64,000 nucleotides of DNA from positions 928,001 to 992,000 of the forward strand of contig CAWGMQ010000008.1 of the NCBI GenBank assembly GCA_963823665.1, in the 5' to 3' direction. This stretch comes from an uncultured Planctomycetota bacterium. Lineage in GTDB: Bacteria; Planctomycetota; Planctomycetia; Isosphaerales; Isosphaeraceae. The notes under the pieces were generated by a model that had not been told where the DNA came from, did no database searches, and saw only the letters and a program-made list of their open reading frames with translations. The position numbers were made by a program, and so were the translations under genes. Below, piece after piece: positions 20,514 through 29,882 of this stretch; the first letter of the stretch is position 1; the number at the start of each line of letters is the position of its first letter.

Positions 20514-22019
20514 TCACTCGCCGATCCTCGCCTCGATTTGATTCACATCGAGCCAGGGAGGACCCACGTGCAGTCGCTTCACCAGGCTCTCCGTGTCTCG
20601 TACGACAAGCTTCTTGGCGGGAATCAGGGGGTTCACCGTCCTGAGGGCCGTGGACAATCCCTTTCGCCACGGGAACGCCGCCACCAAGTGCTCGAGACAC
20701 TTGGGCTGAATCCTCTTCACCTCGCGCCACAGTTTCTCCTGATCCGCAGGACTCTTCTCATCGCCGACCAGCACTGCCGCCTCATCAAACGTCCGAATCT
20801 TCTCCGGCGCAATCCCCGCGGGTGGCACGCCGCGCACGCGATCTGCGGGCAAGTCACCCTTTCGCAGGATATAAGCGGGCAAGCCGTATTCGTCGCGCAG
20901 CTCCTTGGCCAGAGCAATCGCCATCCGCTTCGCATCGGGTCCGCGAAAGACCCTGGCCAGCACCATGAACGGCCCGGCATCCTTGGTCAGGAGATACGGC
21001 TCGATCGGTTCTGCAGGCAAGTCAATCGGCCCTGCCTTCTCGTTCCTCGTTGGCAACTGCTTCTTTCCGTCGTTCTGCTGGATCACACCGCGATCCTCAT
21101 CCCGCCTGGCATTCACCGGCGCGTTCCGTTCCGGCGTCTGCCCAACGACCGCCGTCCTGTGCACCACGGCCAGCCCGATCACCGCCGCCGGAATCACCGT
21201 CGCCAGAACTGCGATCTTCCTGATCTGCGACACGCTCAAGACTCCTTCAAAAGTCGTCGCGAACGACGAGGGTAGTCCCAATCCGTTCCGTCGAACTACC
21301 TCAAGCGCCGCGCGGTTGATGGATCCAGCGACGGCCGCCGGCAATCGCGCAGCACTCGCTGCCCTTGCGCTTGATTCCAGCATCCCGCCCAGCACCGCGG
21401 CCGACAGCGTCACACCTCGCCGCGCCAGCCGCCAATGCAGCAGATTCCGCGCTCGCGCCATCCGGCTGCGCAGCGTGCCAACCGGGCATTCAAGCTGACG
21501 AGCGGCCAGGTCGTGCGTCAATCCGCGCAGGTAGCAGAGAACCAGCGGCGCCCGCAGTCGCTCGGGCAGTCGTCCAAGCTCGTCGTGGAGCGCGGCGGAT
21601 CGCTCGAACGCATCCTCCGTCGAAGAGCAACCCGTCTCCGGCATCTCGCCACGACAAGATTCGCGAGCGCACCGCTTCTTTCGATTCGCCCGCGCTCGCG
21701 CCGCCACGCGCCCCGCAACCGCATAGAGCCACGGCCCGAGCGACCCGTCGACGCGAATGAACTTCGCCTTGCGAACCAGCACCAGAAACACCGACTGAAC
21801 AGCGTCGTCGACGTCGTGCGGGTCAAACAGCATCTGCCGGCACACGTTCCGCACCATCGCTCCATGACGCAACAGCAGCGCCTCGAACGCCAGGGTGTCC
21901 TGGCGTTCGATGAAGCGCTCCAGAACCTGCCGGTCCGACATTCCCGCGAGCGTTCCATCGCGGAACACCCGGGCAACCTGGATCGCAGCACTTGCAGTCA
22001 ATCCATTTCCCATCGGCAC
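20514..22019 (-). CDS. ECF sigma-70 factor with TM helix and C-terminal extension (copy 1, intact)
   Basis: AAGGAGG RBS; complete sigma2 and sigma4; hydrophobic helix IAVLATVIPAAVIGLAVV; extension IEPYLLTKDAGPFMVLARVFRG. Confidence 0.9.
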   Translation of the reverse strand: MPMGNGLTASAAIQVARVFRDGTLAGMSDRQVLERFIERQDTLAFEALLLRHGAMVRNVCRQMLFDPHDVDDAVQSVFLVLVRKAKFIRVDGSLGPWLYAVAGRVAARARANRKKRCARESCRGEMPETGCSSTEDAFERSAALHDELGRLPERLRAPLVLCYLRGLTHDLAARQLECPVGTLRSRMARARNLLHWRLARRGVTLSAAVLGGMLESSARAASAARLPAAVAGSINRAALEVVRRNGLGLPSSFATTFEGVLSVSQIRKIAVLATVIPAAVIGLAVVHRTAVVGQTPERNAPVNARRDEDRGVIQQNDGKKQLPTRNEKAGPIDLPAEPIEPYLLTKDAGPFMVLARVFRGPDAKRMAIALAKELRDEYGLPAYILRKGDLPADRVRGVPPAGIAPEKIRTFDEAAVLVGDEKSPADQEKLWREVKRIQPKCLEHLVAAFPWRKGLSTALRTVNPLIPAKKLVVRDTESLVKRLHVGPPWLDVNQIEARIGE

Positions 22020-22197
22020 GGGTCCCTCCTTGGGTCACCGTATGTTATCTATGCGCGCATGGGCCGCTTCAATCCCGGTTTTTTGTTTTTCGCGATATCA
22101 TGAGCGCTGGACTGGTATTGCCACAAATCGAGAACCTGGTTACCACAGTAGTGTCAGCCGGTTCGTCGGCGACCACACACGCCAGTCGTGAGCGATT

Positions 22198-25100
22198 TCA
22201 GCGAGAGGGATTCGCGATCACCCGGTAAGGCTCGCTCCCTTCCGTCACCTCGATCAACCGCCCCGCCTCGATGTCCCGGAATTCCTGCCTCAACTGACCG
22301 ACGGGCCAGGTCACAACCAGACGGTCGACTCGCCCGGCATCACCCAGTCCGATCATCTCGACGAGCGAGTTACCACCGGACGAGCTCCCCGACCCGATTG
22401 TCCGCTCGATCGATCGATGCGTCCCTTCCGCATCGGTCAGCTCGACATGGATCTTCGCCCCCAGTGCCCCTCGGTTGCTCTTCGTGCCCACCAACTTGAT
22501 CGCCAGCCAGCGGCGCACGAGTCCGCGATTTTGAAACAGGAGATGATCTTCCCGGCTGCCCGGCGAGGCGCCGCCCGAGGTCACCACGAGGTCAAGCGAT
22601 CCGTCGCCGTTCCAGTCAGCGAACGAGACGCTGTGTCCCGTCCGCAGCCGCCCTGTGCCCGACGTTTCGGTAACATCTTCGAAGCGCTTCCCTTCCCTGT
22701 TCCAGAGCAAGACGTTCGGTGCCGGTGCCATCTCGCTCGTGAGCCCGCCTCCGAAATAAACGTCAAGGAACCCGTCGTTGTCGACGTCGCCGAAGTTGGC
22801 GCTGAGCGAGGGAATCGGCCAGTCCAGGCCGACTTCCCGGCTCACGTCTTTGAATCCAGCCGCGCCCACGTTTCGATACAATCGCGGGTGGCAGTCACGC
22901 CGCGGTGTGCGCCCCATCTGGTGGTCCACCAGGTCCGCGATGGTCGCATCTCCGTCGCCGACCATGAGATCAAGCCGCGCGTCGTTGTCGAAATCCCAGA
23001 AGAAGCACGCTGACGCATGATGCCCGGCCGGGCCGGCAACGCCTTTCTCCGCGGCGACTTCGTCAAATCGCCCGTCGCCTCGATTGTGGTAAAGCTGGCA
23101 AGGCCCGTCCCAGCTCGAAACGAACAGATCGACCAGGCCGTCGCCATCGTAATCACCCCACGTCGAATCAGCCGCGCGATGCTCGCCGGCGACACCGGCC
23201 GCCACCGCGACGTTTTGAAAGGTTCCGTCATGCTGATTGCGAAAGAGCCGGCTGCGGTTCCGAGGGTCAAGCAAGACGATGCCGGGATCGGATGAGTCGG
23301 TCAGGTATTCGCCGCAGACATACAGATCGACGAATCCATCGCGATCAAAATCGCCCCACGAGGCGGATGCCGCTGCGATCGGCTCACCCATCCCGGATCG
23401 GGAGGTCACATCCTCGAATACGCCCTTGCCGTCGTTGCGCAGCAGCGACAGCCGCATCGGCATTTCGCCCGCGCCGCGTACCAGCACAACATCGAGGTCC
23501 CCGTCGTTATCAAAGTCGGCCGCGCAGGCCCGTATCGCCGCGACCTGGTCGCCCAGTCGAGCCCGTTCCGACGCATCAGTAAACTTGCCATCTCCGCCGT
23601 TGACGTACAGACTCGCTCCTCGATCGGTGTCAAGCGAAGTGATGAGTAGGTCGGGCAGTCCGTCGGAGTTGAAATCGACAAAAACGCTGGCGCCCGCCAT
23701 TCTCGGGCCGCCTGCGAGCAGGCCAGCCGTTAATGCGACATCTTCAAATCTGATGGCTTGCTCGTAGGGTGGAGGCCCGGATTGAACCCCACCTGGATTC
23801 GCTGACTGCCCGCGAACGGCGTCCTTGCCGAGCTTCATTTGAGCCACATCGCGCAGCCAGCGAGCTCGAAGGTCGTCCGGCCGCTTCTCGAGCACTGCAC
23901 TCAACTGACCAGCAGCCGCTTGCAGCAAAGCCTCCGCGGCGCCTGGCCCCTCCGCTTGCCGGATCGCCGCAATTCCAAGGAGGGCCACCAGGTCATCGCG
24001 GTCGCTCGCGCGAATGCCGCGCGCGTTCTCCATCTCGATCGCGCCGCGAAGCGAATCGGCTGCCTCCGAGAAACGGCCCTCGTGAATCTCGAGCAAGCCG
24101 ATCTGGTGCACCAGCTCGCCGGCGCGCTCGACCCTCGGGGCGCAAGCTGTCCACCTCGGCCTGCAAGACCGCCAGCCCGACGCGCCCGCGCAGCCCAACC
24201 CGCGCGCAAGCCGCGCAACGGTGCGGCCTCGACCGAGCTGCCAGTGAACTCCTTCGCCAGAAGCACGCTATCGTCATCCAGCGGGCCTCGCGCGGCGCTC
24301 GAAGGCGTGCCTCGGGGCGCAAGCAGCCCCAAACCGCGCGCGGCGTAGAATCCGATCCGATAATTGAAATCAATGAGATTCTTCCAGTCTGCGTCGTACA
24401 GGTTGGCATTCTGACCGTCGGCGCTGGAGGCCGGCAGCCATAGGTCCGGTACCAGCGCGCCCAGTTGATTCACGGCGATCAAATAGTCGATCGCCACCGC
24501 GCGCGAGCTGGAAATCTCACGGATGAGCACTTGTTCGCGGTCGATCTTCGACTGGATCGGAATCCGCCCGGAAAACAGGGCCGTCTTGCCGTGCAAACTC
24601 ACGGCATACGCAACCGGCGCGACCCCCCGACCACGCAGGGGCATAACCCGCACCGGAAACCAGCCTTTCTCGGGCAAATCCTCAGCCGCGATGATGACCG
24701 TTCCCGGACCGCACTCCCTGCGAATCACCTCCAGTCCTGCGTCAGAAGCCACCACGCTCGCGCCTGATTGCAGAATGACGTCCTTGAGGCCTGCAATCGC
24801 TTGGCCGCCGCACGATGTCAGTAAGACGGCGACCGGATCGGCAACCGGTGCACCAAGCTGCGCGAGCCGCGCGCGCACCCAGGCCAGAAGCCCGGGCCCG
24901 CCGGGAGCGTCGATGAGAAAGAACTTTGAGCCCGCCGAAAACCCATAAACCGCAGCGCCCTGAAATTCACCAAGGTAATAGAGCTCGTGCAGAAGCTCCT
25001 TGGGCTCGCCGTCGAGGAAGTCGCGCCCATCCGCTTTGAACCGATCGATCAGGATCCGCATGTCGTTGATTCCGCCATCCAGCAGCGATTCCCAGCGCTC

Positions 25101-25961
25101 TTTCGAGAGCTGCGGGCTCTCCGGCGTCGCCGCGGCACACGGATGGCCGGGAAGAAGAAGGTCCGGTACCGCCAGACGCTTGAGCGCCACGAGCGTGCTC
25201 AGGTAGGCGTCCGCGTCGCCGCGGTAACCTGGTGCGAGATACGCCGAATACGTTCCCAGCGCCTTCCTCACCTGCGACGCGGGCTTTTCGTCACCACGCA
25301 GCATGATGATCACGTCACCGCTGAAAAGCACGCGCAGGCCGTTTCGCTCCATGAGATAGCAAATGCTTCCAGGCGTGTGGCCGGGCGTGCCCAGCGCTCG
25401 GAACTGAACGTCGCCGAACTCGATGGCCTCGTCGCCCTCCAGTCGAACGTCAACCGTCGTCGGATGCGGTTCGTAGCTCGGCCTGTAGAAAATGCTCAAC
25501 ATCGCCTCGCGGGGCCCACCCGCCTTGAGCACATCCGAATCACGCGCCCCGGCAAAGACCTTCGCGCCTGTTTCCGCCCTGATGCGCTCGGCTCCGCCGC
25601 TGTGATCGCCGTGGACATGCGTGATCAAGACCGCGTGGATCCGTCTCCAATCGAGCCCTAATTCGCTCATCTGCGACTTCAAACTGCTGGCATCGCCCTC
25701 CACGCCCGAGTCGATCAGAATCAAGCCATCAGAGCTCTCGACGACATACGCCACCGAGGGCTCTAGCCCCCCGAGCATATGAATCCCCGGCGCGATGGTC
25801 ATCGCCCGCGGAACCAGCAGCGGCGCCCCAGTCCCAGCGGCGCCCGAACCACGTGGTCCAATTCCTCGGAAGAGCCCCCAGGACGCCGCGAGCACCACCA
25901 GCGCAAAGACTGCGCCCAGGGCAAGCCACCGCCTGCGCCTCGTTGTCCGGTCGCTCATCAT
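22198..25961 (-). CDS. Probable single protein: MBL-fold hydrolase + degenerate MBL + TPR + FG-GAP/VCBS repeats + ASPIC/UnbV; two frameshifts at about 24130-24190
   Basis: THVHGDH, GHTPG, FSGD, LPGH in the N-part. DFNSDG/DFDNDGDLD/DYDGDG repeats and SNRGALGAKI...GLGDA...VTWP in the C-part. No stop or RBS at the junction. Confidence 0.75.
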
Positions 25962-26007
25962 GCTCTCGATGCCACGAGACTCTCGACACCCGCACGCTCA
26001 CACGCGC

Positions 26008-27234
26008 TCAGCGTTTCTTGGGACGATACCAAACCACGTTGTGCGTGCTGCCGCCGACCGCAACGACATCGGGCACGCCATCCCCGTCCAGATCACCGCC
26101 ACGCAGATCCTGCGCGGCGATCTCGCGATCGAGCACCGTCTTGCTCCACGCGTTCTTTGTGCGATCAAAATCGTACATGGACACACAATGGTCCTTGCCG
26201 CGGTGGCCGGCGAAGACCTCGTCGTCGCCGTCGCGGTCGATATCGGCAAGCCAGAGCGCATGCCCGTCCGCCAGCGTTTCGTCAAGCACGGTGCGGCCGC
26301 TGAACGGACCAAGAGTTGGCTTCCCATCGTCTCCCCGCAAGATCGCCGCGAGGTAAACGGCGACTCGATTGCCATGCCAGGGCTCAACTGTCGCCAGGAG
26401 GCATTGTCCGTCGGCAAGCCGCCCCGCATGCACTTCACTGGCGCCACGCTTGGCGGGAGCGGCGTCTCGATCGGCCGGAGTGAGAGTCCGCGGTTCAAGC
26501 CAGATTTCTTCGCCTCGCGAGCCCGCAGGCCGGCCCCAGCCAACGAGCGATGTGCCCAGGTCATCCGCAGTCAGAATCCACGATTTTCCATTCTTGAACA
26601 GATCGACCACGTCGATCGCGTGCATGACGGGCCGCGTGGCAATCCGTTCCGCCGCCGGGGGCGTCGCCCCTCGCCAATCAAGCTTGCGAAAAACAGTCAC
26701 CGGCGCGCGGTCCGCATACTCGGGCGGCTTGGCTTCCGGGCCAAAAAGCGATGCCACGACAAGGTCCGGCCGCTTGTCGAGATCGACGTCGCCCCAGCGA
26801 AGCCGGTGAATGCTGCCGATTGCGGCAATCGGCACGGTTTTCCAAGGGTCATCGAGCGAAGCCCCTTGCACGGCCAGCAAGAGCTGCCCGGTCTTCGGCT
26901 GATTCATCGCGAACTCAAACGCAATCGCAATCTCGGCCTTACAATCGCCATCAAGGTCAGCCGTCGCGCTCGAAATAATCCCCGGCGTCTGTTTGCCGCC
27001 AGTCACGACGCGCTTCTTCCATGAAGGGTTTTCATACCACGCGCAAGTGCTCCCCCCCACGGCAATCACATCAAGCTTCCCGTCCCCGTTCACGTCGCTC
27101 ACTTCAACCTGATAAGCCCCCGGAAAGGCGGCGTCGATCACGACGCGATCGAACTCTTGGGCGCGTGCTGCCTGCATGCAGAAGCATGCCGTGATCAAGA
27201 CGACGAGAGCAGATTGCGAGGTCTTTCGTGGCAT
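26008..27234 (-). CDS. Secreted FG-GAP/VCBS-repeat beta-propeller protein (aldos-2-ulose dehydratase propeller-like)
   Basis: Signal peptide; DVNGDGKLD, DLDGD, DIDRDGDDE repeats; His motifs IHRLRWGD, MHAI, EPWHGN, GHAL. Confidence 0.75.
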   Translation of the reverse strand: MPRKTSQSALVVLITACFCMQAARAQEFDRVVIDAAFPGAYQVEVSDVNGDGKLDVIAVGGSTCAWYENPSWKKRVVTGGKQTPGIISSATADLDGDCKAEIAIAFEFAMNQPKTGQLLLAVQGASLDDPWKTVPIAAIGSIHRLRWGDVDLDKRPDLVVASLFGPEAKPPEYADRAPVTVFRKLDWRGATPPAAERIATRPVMHAIDVVDLFKNGKSWILTADDLGTSLVGWGRPAGSRGEEIWLEPRTLTPADRDAAPAKRGASEVHAGRLADGQCLLATVEPWHGNRVAVYLAAILRGDDGKPTLGPFSGRTVLDETLADGHALWLADIDRDGDDEVFAGHRGKDHCVSMYDFDRTKNAWSKTVLDREIAAQDLRGGDLDGDGVPDVVAVGGSTHNVVWYRPKKR

Positions 27235-27261
27235 GTTCCCCTCGCGAATGCGAGTTGTTTC

Positions 27262-27609
27262 TTAGAGGTTCATCAATATCCGCAGGCGATCCGCGACAGC
27301 GGCCATCGTCGCCCTGGACACCGTTCCCCACCGGCTATGCAGTCGCTCGGTCGAAATCGAGCGGATCGCTTCGCATTTGATGAAGCTCTTGGATTTCAAG
27401 CCCCCTTCGCCGCGTTCAACCGGCACCTCCGAGCGAACTTTCTTATCCTTGGTGGAAACGGGCAAGACGATCACAAGCCCGCTTGGCCCTTGATTGAACG
27501 GATCGACGGAAACGATCAAGACCGGCCGCCTGCCACCCTGTTCGTGGCCTCGCGATGGGTTAAGATCACACCCCCAAATCTCACCGCGAGCTGGTTTTCG
27601 GACGGCCAT
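27262..27609 (-). CDS. mazF: Type II toxin, PemK/MazF family endoribonuclease
   Basis: RGEIW-DLNPSRGHEQGGRRPVLIVS, GGLKSKSFIKCEAIRSIS. Confidence 0.93.
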   Translation of the reverse strand: MAVRKPARGEIWGCDLNPSRGHEQGGRRPVLIVSVDPFNQGPSGLVIVLPVSTKDKKVRSEVPVERGEGGLKSKSFIKCEAIRSISTERLHSRWGTVSRATMAAVADRLRILMNL

Positions 27610-27615
27610 TCGTTG

Positions 27616-27861
27616 TCAATCCTCGAGACCGTCAGTCAGCGTGCCGTCCCATACCATTCGCTCGGCGAGTTCCTCTTGCCACGCGGCCTCGTTCTTTCGC
27701 AAAGCAGCGAAGTCGCTATTTAGTCCGGCCAAAAAACGCTGTCGCCTGTAAATCTCGATCGCCTTGTCCAGAATCTCGGTCATGGACTCATCGCTCTCCT
27801 CGGCAAGAGCACGGAGAGCTGCGTGGCTTGACCTTGAGATCCGAATCGTCAAACTTTCCAT
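27616..27861 (-). CDS. Cognate antitoxin, ribbon-helix-helix type
   Basis: TIRISRSSHAALRALA...ILDKAIEIYRR, acidic C-terminus WDGTLTDGLED; lies directly upstream of the toxin. Confidence 0.85.
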   Translation of the reverse strand: MESLTIRISRSSHAALRALAEESDESMTEILDKAIEIYRRQRFLAGLNSDFAALRKNEAAWQEELAERMVWDGTLTDGLED

Positions 27862-28019
27862 TTCTTGTTTAACCCCGCGACACACCCTTCAATGCGAAGG
27901 AGTCGCGGCCCCCTTCATGACTCACTGCCCATCCGACGGATGCTCGTTCATTTCACGGATTCCCAAACCCAAAACCCTTGGAACAGCGTCATCACCGTTC
28001 CTGAGTTGAGCGCTACGCT

Positions 28020-28049
28020 ATTGTATAATTCACAGTATACAAAAAGCAA
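28020..28049 (-). promoter_or_regulatory. Sigma70-like promoter with overlapping palindromic operator for the TA operon
   Basis: Minus strand TTGCTT-N18-TACAAT. Perfect inverted repeat TTGTATA-N8-TATACAA at 28021-28042 in an AT-rich patch. Confidence 0.55.
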
Positions 28050-28260
28050 TACAAAAATGTGCGCGCCCGGAGTTTCCGCTTCAGCCGGTTTCGGGGTTTG
28101 TGTAGCCGAAAACGTGCAACGCTTCCGGCGAGGACCACCGGATCCAGGAAGACAAGATTCACGCAGGACGCGGCGGCGATCTCCTCCGCGGCTTTGGAGA
28201 TTCACCTGGCCGGCGCGAAGCTCAGGTCGAGCCCCTGCATCGTGTCGAAGTCGATATCGC

Positions 28261-29127
28261 TCATTCCCTCGTCCCCCACCCCTTCGGAACGCCCGCCGTG
28301 TCTTCCGGCTTCACGATAACCTGTGATATGTCAATGTCCTGATGCATATCGCTTTCGGCAACTTTGAGACGGTTCTCAAGCTGTGCAATCCGCTGCTCGA
28401 GCAAGAGCACGCGGCCCTCGAGCTCGTCGGGCCGCCGGGTGCGGGGAACCTCGGGGTACCCGAGCTGCCGCTGGAGCGCCGCGAAGAGATACATGGGATC
28501 GCGCCCACGGTTGGCCCGGGCGATCTTCCCTTCCTTCTCGCCGAACAGCGTTGGAAACTTCGGAATGTAGTCAGGGTTCAATCGCTGCCGCTCCCTGACG
28601 AATTGCTCGCTCCGTACGAAGATCAGGTCGGCGAAGTCAACGTCACCGAGCCGGGTGCGCAGCGTCAGGATGTAGTCTCGCCATTCGTCAGTATAGATCG
28701 GGTCGTCCGCCATCCCCGCCAGCCCTTTGTTGTAGCCCAGCCGGTTCCGCGCCAGCGCCTCGAACTGGAACACGAAAAGCGCCGGCAGCGGCGGCCCATC
28801 GGATTTGAACTTGGCTTCGCGCTCCAGCACGAGCAGGGCTTGCTCCATCGGAAACCGGCTCGTGTCGTTCTCGGCCTGATTGATGACGTGCGCCTGGAAC
28901 GGCGTGAAATAATGGCCGATCCGCTCCATGGCCGGGCCCATCACCCCGGTGCTCTTCATCTCGGTGTGCAAGAACGAGACCGCGATCGGCAGCTTGGTCG
29001 TCGAGAGCAGCTCCTCACCAATCCGCGCCAGGATCTCTTGCGACGGCAGCCCATCGACCAGGCGTTCCCGCAAGGTCCGGAAGAAATAAACCTGCTCGAT
29101 ATATTCCTCACGCTCGAGCACGGGCAT
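28261..29127 (-). CDS. Conserved hypothetical protein (planctomycete type)
   Basis: Clean 288-aa ORF, LEREEYIEQVYFFR...EKEGKIARANRGRDP; typical codon bias. Confidence 0.8.
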   Translation of the reverse strand: MPVLEREEYIEQVYFFRTLRERLVDGLPSQEILARIGEELLSTTKLPIAVSFLHTEMKSTGVMGPAMERIGHYFTPFQAHVINQAENDTSRFPMEQALLVLEREAKFKSDGPPLPALFVFQFEALARNRLGYNKGLAGMADDPIYTDEWRDYILTLRTRLGDVDFADLIFVRSEQFVRERQRLNPDYIPKFPTLFGEKEGKIARANRGRDPMYLFAALQRQLGYPEVPRTRRPDELEGRVLLLEQRIAQLENRLKVAESDMHQDIDISQVIVKPEDTAGVPKGWGTRE

Positions 29128-29179
29128 TGCGTCAGTCCTCGGTCTTCGAGCTGGAATCCTCGGTTACAGGCGCACTTCT

Positions 29180-29788
29180 TTAGCCCGGCGCACGACGACC
29201 GCCACCCAACCGCACCATCTCGGGAACCGGCAAGACCGGATGGTCCGCCAGCAGCGTTGGCCTCGAAACCAGCGGCATCGGCATGAAGTGCCGCGCTGCG
29301 AGCTTCGGCGATCCCATCACACATTCCTTCTCGAGCACATAATAGCGATTGTATTGCTCGATCACGAAGTTGGTGGGCTCGAGATTGAAACGATCCAGGG
29401 CCTCGAGCCAGCGGCGGTTGAACCGAAGAGCGGCCGCGAGCAGGTCGCTCGCAACGCTCTGCCGGCGCCTGATCGAAGCGTCCGACTCGGCCCACCGCGG
29501 CGGCGCCGCGCCGGCAAGCGCCCACAACGGCTCGATCGTGTTCGTGAATACGCCGTGCCAGCTCTCCGGCCCGGCGGCGGCGGCGCACCACTGCCGCAGT
29601 CTCAGCCGCACCATGTCGAGCATCGTGCTGCGCGTCTTCTCGCAACGGTCGTGCAAACGGCGAACCGCCGCCTCGACGTCTTGCCCGCGCCGCGCGAATG
29701 CGGGCAGATCGAACAACCCCATCAGCTCCTTGACATCGGCTTCGATGTCGCTGTTCAAGGTCGGTGTGGCGTCGTCTGTATCGTCCAC
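29180..29788 (-). CDS. Hypothetical helical protein
   Basis: 202-aa ORF co-oriented with neighbours; FDLPAFARRG, YNRYYVLEKEC. Confidence 0.7.
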   Translation of the reverse strand: MDDTDDATPTLNSDIEADVKELMGLFDLPAFARRGQDVEAAVRRLHDRCEKTRSTMLDMVRLRLRQWCAAAAGPESWHGVFTNTIEPLWALAGAAPPRWAESDASIRRRQSVASDLLAAALRFNRRWLEALDRFNLEPTNFVIEQYNRYYVLEKECVMGSPKLAARHFMPMPLVSRPTLLADHPVLPVPEMVRLGGGRRAPG

Positions 29789-29882
29789 GACTGGGCTCGC
29801 TTCAATGTTGCTCGGAAAGCGGCATGGCCCGCGGCACGCCCGATCGATCGATCGAGCCGCCGGCCGGGTCAGAGGATCGGAT

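Noticed and set aside
16868..22019. Diversity-generating retroelement behind the similar sigma copies
   Set aside because: No reverse transcriptase, and the differences are not adenine-specific; ordinary paralogy.
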